Source: a virus. From it: a stretch of DNA of 44,384 nucleotides. A model generated the notes under the pieces. That model was not told the DNA's origin. It searched no databases and worked only from the letters and a program-made list of their open reading frames with translations. The stretch is from positions 1-44,384 of the IMG/VR virus record IMGVR_UViG_3300045988_049142. One strand, given 5' to 3'. The first letter of the stretch is position 1. Every line of letters begins with the position of its first letter. Positions 1 through 5,657 of the stretch are shown piece after piece. The translations under genes were made by a program, and so were the position numbers.

Positions 1-77
1 GTGGCTTTGCCAGACAGACGGGGCGGGATACAAGACGGCGACGCCTTACGACATTGCACCCCATGTAGACGCGCCTC
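1..77. repeat. Terminal overlap copy 1 (identical to 44308-44384)
   Basis: Base-by-base comparison: gtggctttgccagacagacggggcgggatacaagacggcgacgccttacgacattgcaccccatgtagacgcgcctc occurs at both ends. The length fits an assembler k-mer overlap on a circular molecule. Confidence 0.95.
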
Positions 78-169
78 CGGTTGACTTGGCGGCGCTGGCT
101 GGACGGATTTCAAGATTGGAGGCGGCGCTGAATGAATCCCATCCTGCAGCAGCTGAACGGGCAGAATAG
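1..169 (+). CDS. 3' part of a junction-spanning 99-aa hypothetical protein (5' part at 44177-44384; nt 1-77 are the duplicated overlap)
   Basis: Reading frame 2 continues the ORF that starts at 44177 (..WLCQTDGAGYKTATPYDIAPHVDAPPVDLAALAGRISRLEAALNESHPAAAERAE) and ends at TAG 167-169. Confidence 0.5.
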   Translation, partial: WLCQTDGAGYKTATPYDIAPHVDAPPVDLAALAGRISRLEAALNESHPAAAERAE

Positions 170-368
170 CGGCGTATCCCGTGCCGTGCAGATGTATCAC
201 GCATATCAGGCGGCACAAAATCCCGCGCTGGCCATGCAGCAAATCTTGAATCAGAACCCAATGCTGAATCAGATTCGCCAGTTAAACGGCGGGAATCTCC
301 AGCAGACATTTTATGCAATGTGCCAGTCTCGGGGCGTGGATCCGCAGACAATCCTGTCTCAGTTTTAG
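132..368 (+). CDS. Hypothetical Gln/Asn-rich 78-aa protein
   Basis: ORF with GGAGG 9 nt upstream of the ATG. Same strand and tight spacing within the cargo block. No family recognised. Confidence 0.55.
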   Translation: MNPILQQLNGQNSGVSRAVQMYHAYQAAQNPALAMQQILNQNPMLNQIRQLNGGNLQQTFYAMCQSRGVDPQTILSQF

Positions 369-371
369 TGA

Positions 372-394
372 ATTTTCACAGCGCGCGTGAAAAT
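372..394 (+). promoter_or_regulatory. 8-bp inverted repeat ATTTTCAC-N7-GTGAAAAT upstream of ORF 420
   Basis: Read directly. Lies between ORF 132-368 and the RBS of ORF 420. No U-tract, so it is an operator or an RNA hairpin rather than a terminator. Confidence 0.35.
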
Positions 395-419
395 AATATG
401 AAAAACGGAGGGAACAAAC

Positions 420-1019
420 ATGAACGACTCTATGTCTCCCGCTGATTTCGCGGCGGTGAGCGGCGGCGGTTTCGGCGGCTTCGGAGGCGAAGGGCTTTGG
501 CTCTTTGCAATCCTTGCCTTGATGGGCGGTGGCTTTGGCAACTTTGGCGGCAACCGAGAGCGCAACGCTACGGTCGGCGATGTTCAGCGTGCGACCGATT
601 TCGCTGCGCTGGAGCGCCAGAACAACGAAACGGTGGCAGCAGTACGTCAAGCGGCGTATGACAACGCAGGCGCGATCAAGGACGGCAACTACAACATCCT
701 CGGTGAGCTGCGCGATCTGCAGATGGCGACGGCTTCTGGCTTCGCCCGCCAGCAGGAGTGCTGCTGTGAGACGCTTCGTGCCATCGACGGCGTGAACTAC
801 AACGGCGCGATCAACACGGCAAGCATCAACGCCAACACGACCGCGCAGACGCAGAAGATCCTTGATGCGCTGGCCCAGAACAAAATCGAGAGCCTGCAGA
901 ATCAGATCAACCAGCTGACGCTCCAGAACGCCATGTGCGGCGTTCCGCGTGTGAACCCTTATGGGTTCGGCATCGTGCCTCAGTTTGCGATGAGCGGCTG
1001 TGGCTGCGGCAACATCTGA
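420..1019 (+). CDS. Hypothetical protein: Gly-rich hydrophobic N-terminus, coiled-coil middle, Cys clusters (ECCCE, SGCGCGNI)
   Basis: 199-aa ORF with RBS GGAGGG 7 nt upstream. N-terminus GGGFGGFGGEGLWLFAILALMGGGFGNFGG resembles small Gly-rich membrane sporulation peptides. Followed by a strong terminator. Confidence 0.75.
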   Translation: MNDSMSPADFAAVSGGGFGGFGGEGLWLFAILALMGGGFGNFGGNRERNATVGDVQRATDFAALERQNNETVAAVRQAAYDNAGAIKDGNYNILGELRDLQMATASGFARQQECCCETLRAIDGVNYNGAINTASINANTTAQTQKILDALAQNKIESLQNQINQLTLQNAMCGVPRVNPYGFGIVPQFAMSGCGCGNI

Positions 1020-1045
1020 GCATCGCCCCTGCTGGGCATGAGTAA

Positions 1046-1072
1046 GGCGGGGCAAAAGCCCCGCCTGTTTTT
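1046..1072 (+). terminator. Rho-independent terminator
   Basis: GGCGGGGC-aaaa-GCCCCGCC followed by TGTTTTT. Confidence 0.8.
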
Positions 1073-1089
1073 ATGAAAGGAGTATTTTT

Positions 1090-1491
1090 ATGAGCTGCAA
1101 TTCGATCCTTTTTACCGCGATGACCTCCCCCACCACTGTGGCCGCGGGCGGAGATATCCCTCTCGGCAACGTCGTGCGCCGCTATGGATGCGGTGCGACG
1201 CTGAGCGGGAATGCCATCTCCCTGAACGGGGATGGATACTATGACGCGGACGTGTCCGTTACCGTGATTCCTGCGGCTGCTGGCACGATCACTGCGACGC
1301 TCCTGCAGGACGGCGTAGCAATCCCTGGCGCGACTGCGTCGGCGACCGTGGCGGCTACGGATACGTCGGTGACGCTTTCCTTTCCCGCTGCGGTACGGCT
1401 CCTTCGGTACTCTCCGAGGGCTACGCTGCGTCTGACGCTTAGCGCAGCTGGCAGCGTGACCAATGCCGCCGTCACCGTGCGGAAACTGTGA
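1090..1491 (+). CDS. BclA-C-terminal-domain-like (TNF/C1q-type jelly-roll) small protein
   Basis: 133-aa ORF, RBS GAAAGGAG. The pattern ..GDIPLGNVV...GNAISLNGDGYYDADVSVTV.PAAAGTITATLLQDGVAIPGA...SLSFPAAV...LRLTLS..G.V.NAAVTVRKL matches the exosporium BclA C-terminal fold signature, recognised by eye. Confidence 0.6.
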   Translation: MSCNSILFTAMTSPTTVAAGGDIPLGNVVRRYGCGATLSGNAISLNGDGYYDADVSVTVIPAAAGTITATLLQDGVAIPGATASATVAATDTSVTLSFPAAVRLLRYSPRATLRLTLSAAGSVTNAAVTVRKL

Positions 1492-1499
1492 GGTGCGGC

Positions 1500-1973
1500 A
1501 TGAAGGACAAGGTTAAAGCGTACTGTGAGCGCCTTGAGAAGGGGCTGGCCGAGTATATGTCCATGCCGGTATCCGAGCGGAGCGCGACCGCCGTCACGGC
1601 GATGGTGGAGTGCTATGAGCATATTAAGGCGTATGCCGAATCGCTGGAGTGCGTGAGCGATTTCTCCCGCGCAGACGCAGAGGCGTGGTGCGAGAAGATG
1701 GAGAACGCCGACGGCACGACCGGCGCACACTGGAAAAAGGAACAGACCACCAGCGTTGCGGAAAGCCTCGGCGTGACGTGGGATCACATCACCCCGTGGT
1801 GCTGGTGGGTCGCGATGAACATGATGTACTCGGACTACTGTCTTGTCGCGGAGCGGCACGGCGTTTTTACGGCTGAGTTTTACGGGGACTTGGCAAAGGC
1901 GTTTTTGTGGGATAAGGATGCGCCGGAACCGAAAGCGAAACTGGCGGCGTACTATTGCGCTATCGCGAAGTGA
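1500..1973 (+). CDS. Conserved phage hypothetical protein (157 aa)
   Basis: ORF coupled to the previous gene (its stop TGA at 1489-1491 lies just upstream), GAGGTG before the ATG. Trp/Cys-rich, with the motif NADGTTGAHW...MNMMYSDY. No function known. Confidence 0.7.
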   Translation: MKDKVKAYCERLEKGLAEYMSMPVSERSATAVTAMVECYEHIKAYAESLECVSDFSRADAEAWCEKMENADGTTGAHWKKEQTTSVAESLGVTWDHITPWCWWVAMNMMYSDYCLVAERHGVFTAEFYGDLAKAFLWDKDAPEPKAKLAAYYCAIAK

Positions 1974-1979
1974 AGAAAA

Positions 1980-2006
1980 CTCCCCCAGCCAAAGCGGCTG
2001 GGGGAG
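1980..2006. terminator. Bidirectional terminator (11-bp perfect stem)
   Basis: CTCCCCCAGCC-aaagc-GGCTGGGGGAG. An A-run upstream gives a U-tract for the minus-strand int transcript. The TT downstream is weak for the plus strand. Confidence 0.65.
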
Positions 2007-2048
2007 TTGGGTATAGTTGACGCTATATAGCGGCAGTGTAAACTGTGC
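2007..2048. other. Candidate attP core (imperfect dyad around CGCTATATAGCG, 2021-2032)
   Basis: 42-bp non-coding spacer directly 3' of the serine integrase gene with a perfect 12-bp palindrome. The position would put int at one prophage end and the lysis/cargo genes at the other. Confidence 0.3.
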
Positions 2049-3365
2049 CTAACGCGTGGTTACAAAAAATGCGCCATTGTTGTCGGCGTCAATGCGCTTG
2101 ATGGTGCGAGTCCAAAATTCTTTTTTTTCGATCCGCGAGAGCACTGGATACTGTGCGATGGCCTCATGCAAGCTGGCTATGTCTGGTGGATCTGGAGTCT
2201 CAACTTGCGCGGCGTGGAGTTGCTCCTGCAATTTGTCATAGTCGGCGCGATAGGTTGGCATATCAATCATCTCTGCGAGGTACAGCTCTTTCAGCCGATC
2301 AAGCTTGCGCAAGATCTTGGCCGGGGCAATCCGAGACTTTCTCTCGCGCCCTTTTTTGGTTGCAGAGTAGGCCGTTTTGACGATATGCTCCAGCTCCTCG
2401 AGCAGGTATATTTCGAGTTCCGATTCGCGGACCCGTTTGGTATGTGGGCAAGCCGTAATATCAAGCATGTGGGAGCGGCAACGATAATAAGTGTAAACTT
2501 TCTTGACTGTCTCGGACTGCATCGATCGGCCACATTCGCGGCAATAAATCAGCCCAGAGAACAAATATATGTGAGGGGTTTCGACTCCGCTGCATCGCTG
2601 TGCTTGCTTCGCGATGATCTCCTGCGCCAAGTCGAAGTCCTCTTTGGATACAAGCGCATGGATCCGATTAGGTATACCGTGTACCTCTCCGATGTAGAGA
2701 CGGTTCCGGAGTGCGCGATTAAACGTGTTGTACACGGCATCAATGCCCCACTGATCCATCATATATCTACGCGTAGCGTTGACGCTGCGCGTTTGGATAT
2801 AATGCGTAAACATTGCTTGCACGGCGGGGGCGTCTTTCGTCTGGACGTAATCCCCATCCTTGACCATCAGCCCGATAGGAGCCTTGGAGCTGATGGGTAC
2901 ACCCTTGGCTCTTCGGCCATCGTTTACAAAGCGAATCCGCTCACTGGTTCTGTCGGCCTCATCCTGCGCGACGGAGAGCATGATGTTGACCTTTAGCCGT
3001 CCTGCGGCGGTCTGGGTCTCATAGTTCTCCTCGGTGGCGCACCACGTCACACCGGCTTTTTCGAGGACGGGCTGGACGGCGTAATAGTCCGCGACATTTC
3101 TAAACCAGCGGTCGAGTTTGATAAAATAAATGGTGTCGATTTTACCGGCCTCGCAGTCCTCCAACAAGCGTAGGAGCGCCGGTCGCTTTTTGTAAGGCTT
3201 GCGGGCGGAGATCCCCGCGTCCTCGTAGATGCCCACGACCTCAAGGCCGTGGGCTTTGGCGTAGGCAAGGAGTCGCGCTTTTTGCTCCGCGAGGGAGTAT
3301 CCATGGCGGGCTTGCTCCTCGCTGGAGACGCGTACATAGAGCGCGGCGCGTATTTGCTTTGGCAT
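2049..3365 (-). CDS. int: Large serine recombinase (phage integrase)
   Basis: 438 aa. N-terminal resolvase-type catalytic domain (AALYVRVSSEEQ..., DRWFRN), recombinase domain, Cys-rich zinc ribbon (CRECG...CRSH..C) and a C-terminal coiled coil. Confidence 0.9.
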   Translation of the reverse strand: MPKQIRAALYVRVSSEEQARHGYSLAEQKARLLAYAKAHGLEVVGIYEDAGISARKPYKKRPALLRLLEDCEAGKIDTIYFIKLDRWFRNVADYYAVQPVLEKAGVTWCATEENYETQTAAGRLKVNIMLSVAQDEADRTSERIRFVNDGRRAKGVPISSKAPIGLMVKDGDYVQTKDAPAVQAMFTHYIQTRSVNATRRYMMDQWGIDAVYNTFNRALRNRLYIGEVHGIPNRIHALVSKEDFDLAQEIIAKQAQRCSGVETPHIYLFSGLIYCRECGRSMQSETVKKVYTYYRCRSHMLDITACPHTKRVRESELEIYLLEELEHIVKTAYSATKKGRERKSRIAPAKILRKLDRLKELYLAEMIDMPTYRADYDKLQEQLHAAQVETPDPPDIASLHEAIAQYPVLSRIEKKEFWTRTIKRIDADNNGAFFVTTR

Positions 3366-3368
3366 GGG

Positions 3369-3776
3369 TTACCTCCTTATAAATCCGATGCCCCCGCAGA
3401 GTACGTCGAGCGTTATTCCATAAACCAGCACGACCAAGGCCAGCAAAAACATGGCGAGGATGATCTTTTTCTTGCTGGAGATGGATCGCTCCAGCATCGC
3501 GCATTTCTCCTCGCCGAATTGGATTTGCTGGAGCAGTGCGTTGCGCTCTGACTCCGGGATAGGCTCATCTGCGGGGTTGATCATAAAGTATCGATTAAGC
3601 GATACGCCGAGCACGGCACAAATGGGGCCAGCCGTATATACAGATGGGGATTTGGATCCCGATGCAAAAAAGTTTGCAACGGTTGACATGGGGATACCTG
3701 ACTGCTCGGCGATGTCTGCGTTGGTCATGCCCTTCTCGTGGCGCGCACGGCGGCATAGCTCCTGCAGGCTATCCAT
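3369..3776 (-). CDS. XRE-family HTH regulator with C-terminal transmembrane anchor
   Basis: Start moved to the ATG at 3776 (RBS AAGGAGATGG). HTH is MTNADIAEQSGIPMSTVANFF; C-terminal hydrophobic stretch is IILAMFLLALVVLVYGITLDVL. Its stop is 1 nt from the int start, so the two are co-transcribed. Confidence 0.8.
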   Translation of the reverse strand: MDSLQELCRRARHEKGMTNADIAEQSGIPMSTVANFFASGSKSPSVYTAGPICAVLGVSLNRYFMINPADEPIPESERNALLQQIQFGEEKCAMLERSISSKKKIILAMFLLALVVLVYGITLDVLCGGIGFIRR

Positions 3777-3799
3777 TTTTCCATCTCCTTCGTTCGTTT

Positions 3800-3813
3800 G
3801 CCCGGATCCGGGC
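3800..3813. promoter_or_regulatory. Perfect 14-bp palindrome GCCCGGATCCGGGC upstream of the HTH-int operon
   Basis: Read directly, 24-37 nt upstream of the ATG at 3776. Possible operator. Confidence 0.3.
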
Positions 3814-3935
3814 TGGCGTGCCCGGACACGGATACCCTGTAGCAGGGCAGACATGCCCTGAACCGCGATTGCGCGGCCAAGGGCGCACGGGGTATGCTGG
3901 GATTACGGGAGAGGCTTAGCCCACCTCTCCTCAAG

Positions 3936-3971
3936 GGGTTCCCGCCGTTGCTGCGGAGGCGGCGGGAACCC
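3936..3971 (-). terminator. Terminator-like stem-loop after the moron genes
   Basis: GGGTTCCCGCCG-N12-CGGCGGGAACCC (12-bp stem) just after the 33-aa ORF stop. No clear U-tract on either strand. Confidence 0.4.
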
Positions 3972-3973
3972 GC

Positions 3974-4075
3974 TTATTCCTCATCATCGTCTTCTTCGCC
4001 GTCCTCCGCGCCGCAGATTTCACACGTCCCGTGCTCTACGGGATTAAAATCCGGTCTTTCGAGATACTCAATCAT
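3974..4075 (-). CDS. 33-aa acidic CxxC peptide
   Basis: MIEYLERPDFNPVEHGTCEICGAEDGEEDDDEE. The ATG overlaps the stop region of the upstream 98-aa ORF (translational coupling), and the stem-loop follows. Below the ORF-track size cut-off. Confidence 0.4.
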   Translation of the reverse strand: MIEYLERPDFNPVEHGTCEICGAEDGEEDDDEE

Positions 4076-4364
4076 CTGTCAGCTCCCCCTTTACATAACC
4101 CTCGAGCTTCCCACGACGCTTGAGGATGTGCAATCCGATATAATACGTCGAGAAACAAAGACATACACATTCCATTGCCGCAAATGCTCTAATAAAACTA
4201 TAGTCAGATGCCATAGCAGCGCTTGTAAGGGACAGAGAGAAAACAACGGACACCCACTTGTATCGTCTTTTTGTCATCGGTTTTTTACATAACCCAGCGG
4301 CAATCCACGGGATAAGCCCCACGGCAAGAACATCTTGAAGCAGGGCAAGAATATAACGAAGCAT
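4068..4364 (-). CDS. Small multi-pass membrane protein (98 aa), moron
   Basis: RBS GGAGGG. About three hydrophobic segments. The local GC of ~45% is well below the rest of the genome. Confidence 0.7.
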   Translation of the reverse strand: MLRYILALLQDVLAVGLIPWIAAGLCKKPMTKRRYKWVSVVFSLSLTSAAMASDYSFIRAFAAMECVCLCFSTYYIGLHILKRRGKLEGYVKGELTDD

Positions 4365-4515
4365 AAAATCCCTCCAAATAATGCTTTATTAATCACAGTT
4401 TACGGCAAATCGTACGCGCCCGCAAGGGGAAATTTTCGCGCCGCGCAGTTTTGTAGGAACGCACAATAGGTGACGCTTTAATACGGCGAAACGCCGAACC
4501 GGAAGGAGACCAAAA

Positions 4516-4617
4516 ATGGAAAAGAGAGAATTGATTTGCAAGATCCACATGGCGCTGAACGGCCTGCCGCCGCCGATCCTGCGCATAGCCCTCGCATTTG
4601 TGCGCGGGCTGGCCTAA
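4516..4617 (+). CDS. 33-aa micro-ORF
   Basis: MEKRELICKIHMALNGLPPPILRIALAFVRGLA. Strong RBS GGAAGGAG 7 nt upstream, and a terminator follows directly. Confidence 0.5.
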   Translation: MEKRELICKIHMALNGLPPPILRIALAFVRGLA

Positions 4618-4620
4618 AGA

Positions 4621-4644
4621 AAAAGCCCCCGCAAGGGGGCTTTT
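4621..4644. terminator. Bidirectional rho-independent terminator (GNRA-loop hairpin)
   Basis: AAAA-GCCCCC-GCAA-GGGGGC-TTTT. It can end both the plus micro-ORF transcript and the long leftward early operon. Confidence 0.8.
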
Positions 4645-4693
4645 CAGCGATCGCTTCAGCCATTGCGCCCATAAACGTGCGGTCGTCAGTCAG
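4638..4693. repeat. 56-bp perfect direct repeat, copy A (partner 9247-9302)
   Basis: ggcttttcagcgatcgcttcagccattgcgcccataaacgtgcggtcgtcagtcag, compared by eye in both places. Confidence 0.9.
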
Positions 4694-4699
4694 CATCAT
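4638..4699 (-). pseudogene. 5' remnant (first ~20 codons) of the 63-aa gene found intact at 9117-9308
   Basis: MMLTDDRTFMGAMAEAIAEK.. is encoded by a 56-bp stretch identical to 9247-9302. After that the frame runs into the terminator hairpin. Confidence 0.7.
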
Positions 4700-5588
4700 T
4701 CCGCCCTCCTAAAAGATCCATCTGCCCGCTGATAATGCCATCCTCCATCCACCAGTGCCACCATGACATGATATCTCCCTTTGCGGCCTGCTTTGGGTGC
4801 TTATCAAGATAGTGCTGCAGCGCCCGCATATACGCATCCTGATATTTCGGCCAACGCGCGAACTCGCGGGATCTGGACGCGCCGCCCATCGGGCAGCCTA
4901 CGCACCCCACGCGGTTAAATCCCATGTCGTAGCAGGGGTTATAAGCAAGGTTCTCGCCCCGGATAAACTCCCACACGTCGGTATTTGTCCAGTGGATGAT
5001 CGGGTTTACGATCGTGCTGCCCCGCACTTTGCACGCAGAAATAAATTTGTCATCATGCTCGATAGGGCTGCGACGCACGTCATCCTCAAACAGTTCAGCC
5101 GCATTTTCTGCATTGATTCTGTAACTGTCCGCCTTGGTCTTTCCGCGCGTCTCAAGCTCCCCTCGAGACGCGCGCTGCGAACTCTCATCGGCGCGAACGC
5201 CAGTAGCGATAGCTCGGTTTGCCCCGCCCGTCTCCTTGAGCACCGCGCAGCAAAATCGCCGCAACCTTGTCGGCAAGCCTTTATCGCCGATCAGCTTCCA
5301 CATGCTCGTCCGCTCGCCCTTGTACGTCGGCATGTTTACATAGCACTTCACGCCAGTCAGCTCCAACTCGTGCATCTGCTGGCGCACATACCGCACGGTT
5401 TCCGGCGCATCCGCCGTCGTGTGCGAGTGCTGTACCTCGTAAGGGATTCCCGCGCGCCTTGCAAGCTCCAGCAGCACAAGGCTGTCTTTGCCGCCGGAAT
5501 TGCAGATAAGCAGAGTCTGCTTGTAGTAGTGCAGGCTCATTCGGCTGCCGAGCTGCAAAAGGTTGATTGCCTGCTGTTCTTTATCCAT
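4686..5588 (-). CDS. Phosphoadenosine-phosphosulfate (PAPS) reductase-family PP-loop protein
   Basis: 300 aa, PP-loop motif NSGGKDS, C-terminal Cys cluster CVGCP, RBS GAAGGGAG. Confidence 0.8.
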   Translation of the reverse strand: MDKEQQAINLLQLGSRMSLHYYKQTLLICNSGGKDSLVLLELARRAGIPYEVQHSHTTADAPETVRYVRQQMHELELTGVKCYVNMPTYKGERTSMWKLIGDKGLPTRLRRFCCAVLKETGGANRAIATGVRADESSQRASRGELETRGKTKADSYRINAENAAELFEDDVRRSPIEHDDKFISACKVRGSTIVNPIIHWTNTDVWEFIRGENLAYNPCYDMGFNRVGCVGCPMGGASRSREFARWPKYQDAYMRALQHYLDKHPKQAAKGDIMSWWHWWMEDGIISGQMDLLGGRNDAD

Positions 5589-5657
5589 ATTTTTACTCCC
5601 TTCACACCGCCACGCAGTCCATCAACTGCGCCATCGTACGGATATTTTTGCACATTG

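Noticed and set aside
4385-4400. A TCACAGT match to the repressor operator core upstream of the moron gene.
   Set aside because: A 7-mer is expected about five times by chance in 2 x 44 kb. The full 10-bp operator repeat is not present.
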